A stretch of 64,000 bases of DNA from Paraphysomonas bandaiensis (Eukaryota > Protista > Chrysophyceae). Within the stretch, counting starts at the first letter, position 1. The number at the start of each line of letters is the position of its first letter. The notes under the pieces are model-generated. The model searched no databases. It saw only the letters and a program-made list of their open reading frames with translations, and was not told where the DNA came from. Below are positions 1 through 12,101 of the stretch, piece after piece. A program made the translations under genes and the position numbers. Where the stretch lies: contig CBFFRP010000379.1 in assembly GCA_965644295.1 (NCBI GenBank), positions 62,001 to 126,000 on the forward strand. The letters are read 5' to 3'.

Positions 1-1998
1 ACAGTGCGCTTGTGCAATGGGTTCGACATGAGATCAACTGAACTCACACGTTGATTCGTATCTGAATAGCGCAAAGAGCTACTTTTCATTTCAACCTCAA
101 TAGATTCACCTTTCTGAGGCTGTTCTGTTTTTACATAGAATCGATCTATACTCTCATTTTCACCGAGTTCAGTTTGTAGGTTCAAGATGACACTATCTGT
201 CCGATCCTTACGTTTGTATCTTCCATCCCGAGCGAGTAACAGATTAAATGCAAAGAAGTCCAGAGCTTCATTTCGCTCAGCGATGGAGTAGGTTTCGGGT
301 AACGTGATCGCATTAGCATAAAAACCAAATAACCATACCAGTACTGTTACAACAAAAGGAACAACTACACTCATATTTCCCTGTGCCACTCCAGCAGTGT
401 TAATAAGGACGGACTGGAACTTGCTACGACATTCGAGATAGTCTTGTTCCAGGATCCTCGGTGGATTGGTGGCTGCGTTTACCATAGCACTCTCACTAAG
501 AGACAAGGTGTTGTTGCAGCTGCCGTAATTAACCTGGTAGTAATATGTGCTCACAGAATGTAGAGAGCTGTCTGCCACATATGCAGAGAGAATTGAGCAC
601 GATGTGCCATCAGAGAGTCGACAGAATTCATATGCCTTTTCTCTCCATACATCATTTCCTCGTGTACTGCTCAAATAATTCGCAACATCAAATGAGGCGT
701 TGTACGAATTTCTATTGATATCATACATACTCTGTTGAGAGGCAAGCTCTGCCAGTTTTGCGATAGATTCATTCCTGTTGCTCCCGAAATCATAAAAGAG
801 TAGTCCCACCATGAGGTTGAAACTGTTGCACGCTGAACTAGTCCCTATTGGGGTATCGCAAAAACAATATTCTGGTGTTGTGGATGATGCACCAGCGTGA
901 TTAAAAGTAGGAAGCATTAGTATATCCCCTACCAACATACCACACATAGAACTGACGTTGCCATCAACGGAAGAAATCGTAGAACAGAGAATAGGCTGCA
1001 TCCCTACTTGCAATTAAGTGCGATGCCGAGCATATATAGCACAAAAACAACATACCTGCATAGATGGAAAAGTAATAAGAATTAGAAACAACTGTAATAT
1101 TTCCATTCACTAGGGTTGACTCAGTGCCTGCCACAATATCGAGATATGCAAGAGGAGTTACATTCAGATTAACTGACAATGCTATCACCAGCGATCGTAC
1201 ATCTAGAGAAAGGGAGAAAATATCACCATCAAAAATAGCATCATAGCCTGCGTGAAAAGGGTTCAAAATGTCCATGCAAGCTGGTGTTGATGTAAAGAGA
1301 GCATTATCGTATTTCATCATCAAGAGAGACAAACTTTTATCGAAGGATGTTGTTGCATTGAGGGGACAATATTCTTGTTCATTCCCAATTGCCGCTATGA
1401 CCTTTCGGTCGAATATAACACTGGGATTTCCAGTTAACTTGACTGTATTATAACTACCACCTGATTCCTGTCCCTCTGCCCAAGCCATCCAATAGAGGAG
1501 ATTGTAACTTAAACTCTCATTTCTTCCGGCTTCTCCAATAGACGATAAACTCAAAAGATAATTCCTCATAGATTCCTCGAACTCAGAATTAGTGGTTAGA
1601 AAATTATTGAAGTCAAAGGAATATACTGCCGCTGAGTACGTGAATCCTATCGCACCCTCCCATGTCCCAGTATCATCTAGCAGATACTCACCATCTAACG
1701 ACCTTGAGACCTTCGTACAGTCCCCCGCATCCTTAGAGAGAGCGAGATACCTCTCCGACTGAGCATCTAAAAAACTAAGTATAAAGACAAGAATAAAGAG
1801 TCCCAATACGATCAGATAGAGTGCGGAGCCGACTGCACCCGCATATTGAGAGGGAAGATTCTGGATATACTCTGAGGGGATGTTGGCATAAAACAACTCT
1901 TTCCAGCTCTCTTTAGTACCCGCTATACCGCACCAGATAATCTGCTTAAATTTCTTTATGTTCCATTTGATTCGGTGCCATATACCCTCCACCTTCAT
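1..1998 (-). CDS. Uncharacterised membrane protein (N-terminal TM, large Cys-containing loop, C-terminal TM); 3' end runs off the window
   Basis: 344-aa ORF 1998-964. A 52-bp GT-AG intron (1055-1004) restores frame (YAG|MQPILC...LPTFNHAG...YCFC...CNSFNLMVGLLFYD), and the frame appears to stay open to base 1. Hydrophobic segments SALYLIVLGLFILVFILSFL and VVVPFVVTVLVWLFGF. Confidence 0.75.
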
Positions 1999-2419
1999 TG
2001 CAAGAGACGGAGATATGCATGGGAACCGTTAAGATAAACGCTGTATATGCTGCTGTTGTGTACAGTATGATGGAAAAACCTCCATATATGAAGATATAAA
2101 CGTAAAAACTATGCGTTTTATATAAATATTAGTGTTTTTATTCATATATACATATTTTTATGGGTTTTGCGTGCAATATAACAACATACACAGCAGGTTA
2201 GGTAGGAATTCCTACTGTAAGTATGTATCCGAATGTATATATATATATATATACATATATCTGCATATATCCGACAGGTAGATGACTTTAACATCAGCAG
2301 GCCATCACTGCAATCACATCACTATCAGACAGCCCCTATAGCCTCATATGGTTACTACAACTACAATCTAAGTATGCAATCAGCCCACTAACAAACGTAA
2401 GATATACATACATATCCAT

Positions 2420-5035
2420 ATGTCGTGCTGCAGCATCTGCACGGAGTCGTCTATAGATTCCTTTGATCTCTCATGCGGAGACACTGTATGCACCTCCTGT
2501 GCAAAGGTGATGTTTACCCATCTGTCTCATAGAGCTGTGCTGGATGTGTTGTGTCCTCTATGCGCCACACCCGTCACTGAGGACCTCTCCAGGCTGCAGA
2601 TACACTCCGATGCACCGGCGGATCAGTGTCAGAATTGTGAAAAGCAAAATGGTGTTATTAAATGTGAAAATTGTGATATTTTATTTTGTGAGGATTGTGA
2701 TGGAACTATTCATAGTAGCAGAGCCATGCAGAAGCACACGCGACATCGTGTTATTGTTGATCGTGGCGAAGACTCGGTAGATGCTCCTGTAGTTGGGTAT
2801 AAACCGCTTTCATGTGAGGAGCACGTCGATTGCGTCGTTGATACTCACTGCAATGACTGTCATGTCTCAGTGTGCGAATGGTGTATTGCGAATTCCCATT
2901 CGTCCCATACTCTCACTCCTATCGTTAAAATGGTTTCGTCTCTTCGTCTACAGCTTCAAGAAGGTGTCGATAAAGCAACATGTGAGCTGGACACGTTACA
3001 GACGTATATTCAGAAGTACCCTGAAGAATTGTCACTTTATGGTAGCCCCGAAGACGATATATCTTCCCCCACCCATGTCGGACGTGCCGTGAAGTGTGTT
3101 CACGAGGAGTTCGATATGTTGGAGATACATCTTAGCGAAAGAAAAGATATATTACTGTGTGAAGCGGAACAAGTGGCAAACTCCTGTGTGGCATCTTTGA
3201 AAAAGCACAAAGATTCACTACAGAAGGTGCTGGCTAACTGTATGCACACACTTACAAAGGGGAAGGCCGCTCTGTCAGAGCCCAACAGAGCAGATGTGGA
3301 TGGAGTTAAAACAGCGCGTGACGAGATAGAAAAGAGCTTAACTGGGCATGATGTTGGCGATCTACATTCACTGGACACTGTTGGCGGTGACCTGGAATTC
3401 ACTTGGTCAACGTATTTATCGCAGGCGATTCTCACACATGGAGTAGTGCCACATTTGTCAACGAGTGTTCATCTGTCACATACTGGCGACGAGAGGGCCG
3501 CACTGCTGACGGTTATGGGGCGCGCAAATTCAGCTGTTAACCAAACCAATGCTTTAGATCGTCGTTTAAGTGTTTTGATGCGAAGTATTGGTGGCACCCA
3601 GTCGTCGGAGAGTAGTACTGTCAGTGCTCTGCAACAGGTCCGTGAAGATGTAACAGATCACTTTCAATTCAATCGGGCGCTCTTGCTGAGAAGGAGGGAT
3701 GATATGGTTGACGAAGTTCGACTGGCCGCCAGTGTCGCCATCCAGCAAATGACCGAGCGGGCCAAATGGGCCAAATCAACTTACATGTCGCTTTACTCTA
3801 ATATAATAAATGTATTGAGGGTTCTGCTAAAGAACGATAATGTTCTCTATGACTTGCATGTGACTGGCAGTTGTCCTAATATTTCTGAGATGCGTACTGT
3901 CCCTCCTCTACCACCTGCCGCCTGTTCCACTCAGGGAATGGGAGTATCATTCCCTGTAGATATTGTTGGGGTGATATCTGACCATGGAAGTGTATGGGGC
4001 CCGCCACCTCCGGCCGACCTTAGAGTGAAATTTGACCACCACGGGGAGGGAAGCAAAGCTGTACTGTCATGGGTTCATCCTACAGCCACGCGTTCCGGAA
4101 GCTTTCAGAGTTCGCTGGTTTCTCAATATGTGGTTCAACAATCTATTCTTATTTGTGAGCAGGAGTCTCTTTCTACAGAGATTCCATTTACTCACGTAAC
4201 CGAATGTTCTGGAGAGGTGAACACATGTAGTGTTGACCTCGCAGCATACCCTAGGCGTCTCGTGCTACTTCGAGTAAAATCAGTGGGTAAAGATGGTGGT
4301 GGTTGCTGGTCAGATGTCGTTAAGATTACAACCCCAAATGAGTTCAATAGAGTTTTCGAGTTTTCGGAGCCCTTTGATACTAATGGTATTCTGTATTATC
4401 TGGGTTGTAAAGGTTTGTCTGCTACATACGAGAATCCGCATCTAATAAATGAGGTCCACGTCTCGACGAGTACCTCTATGGGATCCGCTCATATCTTTGT
4501 CAACCACTCTGTGGACAGCAGCTTTTGTATGACACACAATAGACCTCATTCATGGCTGACTGTCGACATTGGTGAAGGGAGATTTCTGCGTCCCTCGCAC
4601 TATTGCCTACGATCTGCAAAAGGCGAGGCATGGAAGCTGAGGAACTGGGACTTGCAGGCAAAAGTAGCCAAAGATGACAAGTGGACCGTAATTAGGCGTC
4701 ATAGGAATGATACATCATTAACAGAGACTTCTCATAGCCACGCCTTCTGGACTATTGGTATAAAGTCAAGTCAACAATCCATCGAAACATCAAACAAGAA
4801 AAATAAGAACGCTACCTCCACGACGCGCCGAAAGCCGATATCACCTCAGAAATCTATTGAGTCTTGTGAATCTGATAAGACCATAAGTGAACCCTCCTCT
4901 GAGGATCTCCAGGTGAAGGCCTATAGGTATTTCAGAATTATTCAAACTGGTCTCAACAGTACTGGAGATCATTTTTTGGTATGCAATGGAATTGAACTAT
5001 ACGGGGTCATGTATAGCTCACCTATGGATGTTTGA
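2420..5035 (+). CDS. TRIM-like protein: RING, two B-boxes, coiled coils, FN3 and a C-terminal discoidin/galactose-binding-like domain
   Basis: Intronless 871-aa ORF. RING-like CSIC..SCGDTVCTSC..CPLC; B-box1 CQNC..CENC..FCEDCD..IH..H; B-box2 CEEH..HCNDC..VCEWC..H..H; FN3 PPPPADL..LSW..YVVQ..LRVKSV..WS; C-terminal FDTNGILYYLG..WLTVDIG..HYCLRS..LRNWDLQ..YRYFRI..GIELYG. Confidence 0.85.
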   Translation: MSCCSICTESSIDSFDLSCGDTVCTSCAKVMFTHLSHRAVLDVLCPLCATPVTEDLSRLQIHSDAPADQCQNCEKQNGVIKCENCDILFCEDCDGTIHSSRAMQKHTRHRVIVDRGEDSVDAPVVGYKPLSCEEHVDCVVDTHCNDCHVSVCEWCIANSHSSHTLTPIVKMVSSLRLQLQEGVDKATCELDTLQTYIQKYPEELSLYGSPEDDISSPTHVGRAVKCVHEEFDMLEIHLSERKDILLCEAEQVANSCVASLKKHKDSLQKVLANCMHTLTKGKAALSEPNRADVDGVKTARDEIEKSLTGHDVGDLHSLDTVGGDLEFTWSTYLSQAILTHGVVPHLSTSVHLSHTGDERAALLTVMGRANSAVNQTNALDRRLSVLMRSIGGTQSSESSTVSALQQVREDVTDHFQFNRALLLRRRDDMVDEVRLAASVAIQQMTERAKWAKSTYMSLYSNIINVLRVLLKNDNVLYDLHVTGSCPNISEMRTVPPLPPAACSTQGMGVSFPVDIVGVISDHGSVWGPPPPADLRVKFDHHGEGSKAVLSWVHPTATRSGSFQSSLVSQYVVQQSILICEQESLSTEIPFTHVTECSGEVNTCSVDLAAYPRRLVLLRVKSVGKDGGGCWSDVVKITTPNEFNRVFEFSEPFDTNGILYYLGCKGLSATYENPHLINEVHVSTSTSMGSAHIFVNHSVDSSFCMTHNRPHSWLTVDIGEGRFLRPSHYCLRSAKGEAWKLRNWDLQAKVAKDDKWTVIRRHRNDTSLTETSHSHAFWTIGIKSSQQSIETSNKKNKNATSTTRRKPISPQKSIESCESDKTISEPSSEDLQVKAYRYFRIIQTGLNSTGDHFLVCNGIELYGVMYSSPMDV

Positions 5036-5384
5036 GTGAAAGATGTCGCTCAATCTGATTGAAATTGCTGTTCAAATCAGTTTATCGGCTGTCTTAATCG
5101 TTTCACTATGCTCGTTTCAATTTTAATATAGTACACTTGTTGCCTATGTCACCACTGGCAGTAGAAGTCTTGGTTGAGTTATTTTTAATTATAAGGGTAC
5201 ATTTATATTTTATATGTAATCTGTATATACTAGTCATTTCCTGTGTAAAAAGTCGAGCGCAAAATACCCATTCATGTCTGGGATATGGTATCAACTACAA
5301 CAACAAACACCAATTTGTATTGAGTAGTATCAACGATAATGTGATGTTTAGCTTATGCTTATAGGGTTATGCATTACTTAAATA

Positions 5385-5822
5385 CTGTATTACATGAGGT
5401 ATGAGGTATAATTGAAATTGAGACAGCAAGTAATAATTGCAATTATAATGGATTACATCCTGCGTCAATTAATTGATACGCAGCTCTGCGATCTTATATA
5501 GACACTATCTCAAACAAGGCAGCGAAGCGAGCACGTCTTAACAAGAAAACACGATTCCGCAGCATGAAGCACATGCATCCTACAACCAATAAGGTTAAAA
5601 GATTATTTAGTGGGTCGGGCTAAGATTGCTTCGGCATTTAGAGCAACGCTTTTTACGCATTACTCATCGCCTCCGAAAGGAAATTACAGTTGAGCAACTA
5701 CGGTTAATGTATAGCTACTTGAGCACGTAGTTTGGTATCCATTAATTTCAATTTAATTAATAGGGACAGCAAGTATATTAATAGCAATTATAATTGACTA
5801 CAATCTGCGTAATTTAATCGAC
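5385..5822 (+). mobile_element. Degenerate hAT-family DNA transposon right-end fragments
   Basis: Terminal motif caattaattgatacgcagctctg ends at 5488, followed by a decayed transposase C-terminus (acaaccaataaggtt..gattatttagt..gctaagattg..cgcctc) homologous to 42270-42450 and 56320-56470. Confidence 0.7.
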
Positions 5823-7451
5823 AATATTCAAATACCTTAAAATGCAGCTTTAAATAGCTTACAAATAAGCAAAACTCAACCCCCCACACCATACAACTCA
5901 ACTTCATCCAGCCCAATCTGCATCAGTGAATATAAGCACATCGAAAGTGAATCCACTGAATGTGATGCCCTCGGCCCGCCTGTACACCACATATAACAAC
6001 GATTGTTTGCCTATTGCACGCACTCGTATATTTCTGCACACCACGGTTGCCTGTCATCGCGGTTGTCTGCGTAGAACTTGAACAGATTCTGCGAGAACCA
6101 CTCTATCGCCACCACGCAGACACATATATGTACACAAGTAGGCCTAGCAAGGCATGGCCTTCGCCCCCCCCTTTCAGCCAGTATAGGCGATGAATAGACA
6201 ATGTATAGAGCCACAAAAGTATAGGCGGTCCCCGTTTTCCATATGCCCAGATTTTACTAAAGCTCTATGCATTGCTTTGCTTGACACAACCCCTACACTA
6301 AGACACTCTCTTGGAATGAGACAGATGCCGTGTGTGTCGAATCAGAGTTTTTTCACAAACAATGTAACCACATTAGAAAAATGCAATATCGAAGATTTAA
6401 GAATCGAATAGTTACCTGGGATGAGCTCACAAAATAAGCGTCTGGGCACACAGTTCCTTAAGAATGAAAAATGGAAAAGCAAAGTGTGTGTGAGACCCAA
6501 AGAACTGGAGTGTCATTCCCAGGTAGAGCTCCTGGTGGAGCAGCTTTTACTCTTAGATACTGCCGATACTGCAGATATCGTTCGACTCGATAGGGATATA
6601 AGTATGCTACAGTTATTACAGATCTCGCTACAATAGACTTCTGGGAGTACCACTGGAAGCGTTAAGGCGTTAAGTGTCACTAGAGACTAGACTGAGAACT
6701 AACTACAAACTCCCCATCAAATACACCACCGTGTTTAAGACTACAGGAGCAGTGGGCATAGGGTTGATAGTGTGTATATATCTTGTGGTCTGCAGGGTGT
6801 TGTGACCACTCTGACTACTGGAATATGATGAGAAGAGGGACTGACTAGAGGCTTGCTTCTACCATGTATCTTCGGTCACAACAAGTGTCTCCAGACTATA
6901 AAATGACAGCCTTCAACTGCTGTTTACTCTGTTACACTACGAACAGCTATGTGTATACTGCGGATATGAAATGAAGGTGTGTAGATGTGCTGAACATTCC
7001 CAGATGCCGATAATGGGCACAACAGGCTCATCGCCACACCGGAAGCCTCTGCATCAGTTCCGTTCCTCACTTTTTTCCTCACGCCAAAAAGTGAGGAAAA
7101 GTTGGAAAACTGCACATTTTTCGCTGTATTTCCAGCAAATTCTTGTATTTGAAAATTTACTTTTTTGGTGTGTATTCTCTGTATTTATGGATCAATAGGA
7201 GAAGGAGAATGAAAAGTGATTGGTTATTAGAGCCCATACTCTTTACCATCCGTTTGGATACGTGGTGATGATGATGGTCATAAAAAACATCTTTGTAGTG
7301 GGTGAAGAGTGTGCGTATGTCTGTATATGTTGGCGTACTGTATAAAACTGTAGGTAGATTGTATGGCACAGTGCGTAGAGAGAGTAGCCTACACTGATCC
7401 ACATCCAGTCCGATCATCTCCATATATTATCACCTCCATATCATAAATAGG

Positions 7452-8372
7452 ATGACATCTAAACCTTCCACTAAGGGTAGTTCGAATATGTCTGTGGACA
7501 AGTTGACCGGAAAAGAGGTCGGGCCGAAAGACTCGATGTTTACATCGGCTCTTTTAAAGCCTATTTATCTCACTGTAGCCTATTTATTTCTACTCAGAAT
7601 GATGGCTCAAGCCCTCTATAATGCCGCGGACACAACCCCTTATTCTGATCCCTTTAAGGAGGTCTGGTGGTCGGGTCCTATATTCTTTACCTTTGCGTAT
7701 TTGGCTATGGTATATTTCGGTGTCAAGTACATGAAAGACAAGGAAGAGTTCCAGATCAAGCCTTATATTTTCACATACAATCTATACCAGTGTGTGCTAA
7801 ATGTATGGTGTGTTGCTGCGGTCATTCATGAAGTATACACTAACCCAATGTTTACTGGCATCTGGGGAAACTATCCGGAAAACACTCCGCGTGCCTTCCG
7901 TATCTCGTTCCTTGTTTGGGTGCACTACAACAACAAATACGTCGAACTCCTGGACACTTTGTTCATGATCCTGAGAAAGAAGAATAATCAGATTTCTTTT
8001 CTTCATTGTTACCACCACGTTATGCTCATCTGGGCATGGTTTCTCGTCTGTAAGGTCGAGGCTAGTGGCGACAGTTTCTTTGGTGCAACAGTGAACAGCT
8101 TTATTCATGTGCTTATGTATGGCTACTATACTCTCGCTTTGTTGGGCGTTCCTTGCCCCTGGAAGAAGTGGATCACTAATTGTCAAATGTTACAGTTCTG
8201 TGTTTGCTTTGCCCACTCCGTATATGCACTTTGGAAAGGCAATGCGCCACCCATCCTCCCCCTCGCCCAGGCCTTCGTCATGATAAATATGCTCGTACTC
8301 TTCGGAAACTTTTATCGTAAGGCCTACCTTAAGGGGGGCAAGGACAAAACCAAAGAAAAGAAGGAGAATTAA
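7452..8372 (+). CDS. ELO/GNS1-family fatty acid elongase (possibly a PUFA elongase)
   Basis: 306-aa multi-TM ORF with KYVELLDT, FLHCYHH, NSFIHVLMYGYY and TNCQMLQF motifs and a C-terminal di-lysine ER signal (KKEN). Confidence 0.95.
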   Translation: MTSKPSTKGSSNMSVDKLTGKEVGPKDSMFTSALLKPIYLTVAYLFLLRMMAQALYNAADTTPYSDPFKEVWWSGPIFFTFAYLAMVYFGVKYMKDKEEFQIKPYIFTYNLYQCVLNVWCVAAVIHEVYTNPMFTGIWGNYPENTPRAFRISFLVWVHYNNKYVELLDTLFMILRKKNNQISFLHCYHHVMLIWAWFLVCKVEASGDSFFGATVNSFIHVLMYGYYTLALLGVPCPWKKWITNCQMLQFCVCFAHSVYALWKGNAPPILPLAQAFVMINMLVLFGNFYRKAYLKGGKDKTKEKKEN

Positions 8373-8719
8373 TTGCGGTAGACATACCGAAAGTTAGATG
8401 GAATGTTTTGAGTGTGGATTACAAGCTGTTCCCTGTTTCCCGCGCTTGTGTTGGCTTAATTAATTAATTAACATGAGGTGATTAAAACCTGATACTAGTC
8501 TGATAAACACACTACTGAACCGACTGAAAAGCTTTAGTTTTATGAAGTGCTATGAAATGGCACTATATCTTGACTGCGTATGATTGTATATATAATATGT
8601 GATCATATTCAATCGAATGAGAGATGTTGATCACAATATTAATATGTTTCAAGTGTGTGTTGTTTGTGTTTAGTACATACGACAAATTCTGTTATCCTAC
8701 ATTTTACACTAGTCCAGTA

Positions 8720-8836
8720 AAATGCAATATGTTGTAATTGTATTGATGGGCCTGTTTAAAATCTCCACCAATTGTATTGATGGAACGCTCTCTAACAATA
8801 GTATTGCATATTGCAATATATTGTTTCCTAGCCCTG
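8720..8836. mobile_element. Solo hAT-like terminus (second TIR variant)
   Basis: Ends in tttcctagccctg with repeated caata/tattg subterminal motifs. A complementary terminus cagggctggagaataaagtattg occurs at 50763. Confidence 0.4.
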
Positions 8837-9044
8837 GTCCAGAAAATGTGATGCGAAGTAAGCTAGTGTGTAAAGTGTAAATTAGTATTCGAAAGTATGA
8901 AGTATGAAGTAGTAGCTATATGTAGCTATCAAGATTCGACATAATTTGATGGAACGTAATACACACTAAATGCTTTAACTATAAATTATGATCAATCTCA
9001 TTTAAAATTCATTGTTATTCCTCTAATTCGTGTTTTCACAACAT

Positions 9045-9227
9045 GTTCAGACCCAAGGTGACAACATATATTTGTGTCCCTTGTATCTCACAAGCATTAC
9101 GCGATGAATGGGCAGAACTATATCTGCTGACGACTTTCGATATATCACGCTAGTTTCCCGGAGAAGTAGCTCCGGTACTTTTCCCCCAGAACACCACGAC
9201 ATGGTGCGAATCCGACTTTGTTGAGGG
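9045..9227 (-). mobile_element. Diverged 5' fragment of the ribozyme-headed retroposon (head copy 3)
   Basis: Reverse complement ccctcaacaaagtcggattcgcaccatgtcgtggtgttctgggggaaaagtaccggagctacttctccgggaaactagcgtga aligns with 22446 onward. Confidence 0.85.
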
Positions 9228-9757
9228 TTCCATTAATCACTGCAGCATCCTTTATGTAACGTTCATAGTTTAAATTTATTAGAACTACACCTGTTAATTG
9301 CTCCCAAACAACAAAACTCAACAGTAGCAGGTTATATCTAACTTTAATGTTTATGGAGTTCTATAGTTTTTGATGGTTACTAAATCCATGTAGAAAACTT
9401 GTTCTTGATACATTAGCTAGTTGCTCATAGGACTCGTAATGACTATCAAGTTATAGAAGAGTTAAAAATATTAAAACTGCTTACTTAGCTTATACTACTC
9501 TACGTTTTGTCCACGGAATGTCACTGTACACAAGACACTCGCACAAAGATTCGCGTATCAGTTGACATTGCTACTCTGTGAACAGGTTGTGGAAAAGTTG
9601 TCTTGTTATGAACAATACTTTAGAAAAAGTATATACGAACGCTATATTACCCCAATTAGGAATCCACAAGTATATTGACTTCAATCTGCCCAAAAGGAAG
9701 CAATAACTTCTTCCTTATAAAATATACACAATTGGGTTGAATTTCACGCCATCATTG

Positions 9758-10662
9758 TCACGACTTTTTCTTCTTTCCTTTGCCAGTTAGTTCTGCTACA
9801 CTCTTCTGTATCATCATGACATACCAAATAACATGAAGAATTTGCAATACGCCAAGTAAAACAAGAAATATCATTCTCTCGTAGACGCACTCTTCCCAAG
9901 TACAATTCCCTGGGACGCAAGCGCTTTCGAAGTGTAAACTCTTACTTTCCACCGCGATGGTATATAATACAACGAACGGAAAATACCACAGCCTACGTAA
10001 AGCATGAGTAAAGAGTTACAAACACAGGTACCGATTATATACATTCAACCAACTGCTACATACCTCCAGTACGCCCAGGTTCCTAGAGTCACCAACATGG
10101 ACGCGATCTGCATACCTTTCCACTTGAAAAGTCCAAAGATGCGCACCAGGTCAAGGGGTATGTCACTGACATCATGTAATACCATTACTAATGAACCGAT
10201 ACGTGTATAACTTGACAGCCAAGATGCCCAGCACAACACAGCTGAAGCAATGTGATGCGCTATCATCTTAGTGTCACGCTTCGAGTCCGAAGAATCCTTC
10301 GACGACATCAGAGTTGCACACATGAAGATCATATCCTCCGTGTGCGTAGCTACTTTAGTCAAGTAAAACAAATGAAATTCTTTGGATGGCAATATTGGTC
10401 GTGACCAAACAAGGATTTGATAAATCAGCCATGAAGAGCCGGGCTGTTGCTGCTCAGGTAGTATTAAAGTGGTATAATATCCCCATATAGAAAAAAAAAC
10501 ATGTTCCAGAAGAAAAAACACTCTGTCTCTATGTTCCGGTGTGGGAAATGGCAATAAACTGAATAGCTTTCTGTAAATCGCCTTGAGAATAATGAGCCCG
10601 ATCACTGATGCAAAGGGATACGCTGTTAAGGTCAAAACGACCTCATCTAATGGTAAAAGCAT
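9758..10662 (-). CDS. TLC-domain ceramide synthase (Lag1/LASS-like), 2 exons
   Basis: Lag1-motif residues RD..MIAHH and TRIGSLVMVLHDVSDIPL. A GT-AG intron (10063-9993) joins WAYWR to LWYFPF..LQILHVIW; Lys-rich C-terminus. Confidence 0.9.
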
Positions 10663-11200
10663 GAATGAGGGGTGGGTAGGAAGGTAATAACAATGAGAAA
10701 TGGTATGAATTCAATGTGGTTAAGTAATTTGATGATATATAACCACAATGATGACAATGCATCTGGATATTCATGTATATACTCCTGCTGGACAGCTACT
10801 GCACTGTATGTCTACCTATCAAATGTATAAAAATACTCTATTTTGTGCTATTTTCAAACTATAAATCATTTTATAAATAATATTGCCACTTTTCTGTACA
10901 AAATGCCTAATAAATCTCGAAATCCCTCCTCAACACAAACTCCTCTGCATTACCATCGATAATACTATCCAATGATAATAAATTGATTGGTTATAAATTA
11001 GTAATAGATTATTCTTAATGGTGTTTTTTGAGTGGATGGTGGTGCAGAGATCTCATGTAGCCATGCAGATAGTTCCATACTCAACTCCTCATGCAGTGAC
11101 CTTATAGACCATCTCATACATTCTACTTGATTGGCTCACTTATCAACCCACTCATAGCATCATCATATTCACATATTGAATCCTTCATTATAAATAAAGT

Positions 11201-12101
11201 ATGGCAATCAGAGCACAATTTGAAAACAGTAATGAGATTGGAGTGTTCTCCACTCTAACAAACTCTTATGCGCTCTGTGCGATTGGAGGCAGTGAAAACT
11301 TTTATAGTGTTTTTGAACAGGTTGAAAACTTATTTTTGTATTGAAAATGAATATAATATTTGCATATATATATACAGGAGTTAGCTGATCATATACCAGT
11401 AGTACACACATCTATTGCAGGCTGTAGATTTATTGGAAGAGTTACTGTTGGTATGTGTGGTGGGTGAGCTCTGGTCAATGTTGATTTATGTTGTAGGCAA
11501 TCGACGCGGTCTTCTGCTTCCTAGTACATGCACAGATGGGGAACTGATGCATTTAAGAAATGCGCTCCCTGATAGCGTGGTTGTTCAGCGTGTAGAGGAA
11601 CGTCTCTCAGCACTTGGAAACTGCATCGTCTGTAACGACCACGTGGCGCTGGTGCACACGGACATAGACAGAGAGACGGAAGATATAATAGCCGACACTC
11701 TTGGAGTGGAGGTATTCAGACAAACGATAGCTGGTAATGCACTTGTCGGAAGCTACTGTAAGATATCTAATCAGGGAGGGCTGGTGAGTGAGAGTGCTAC
11801 TGTGGTAAACATCCTGGTCTAATATATATGTCATTTATTTCAGGTTCACCCAAGAACCACTGTTGAAGACCTCGAGGAGCTTTCCTCTTTACTGCAAGTT
11901 CCCCTTGTTGCTGGAACAGTCAATAGGGGCAGTGATGTAATTGGTGCAGGACTGGTGGTCAATGACTGGTCTGCTTTTTGTGGAGTGGATACCACATCCA
12001 CAGAGATATCTGTCGTAGAGGGAATTTTCAAGTTGCAGGATGCCTCGGCGTCTAGAGTCATGCAGGACATGAAGTCGTCACTCATTGAGTCCCTCACATA
12101 A
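11201..12101 (+). CDS. EIF6: Translation initiation factor 6, 4 exons
   Basis: [48 protein letters not shown] and [21 protein letters not shown]. Introns 11321-11377, 11451-11496 and ~11783-11843. Confidence 0.97.

Noticed and set aside
5950-6930. Short ORFs in GC-richer patches
   Set aside because: No recognisable motif or splice model; possibly decayed repeat DNA.
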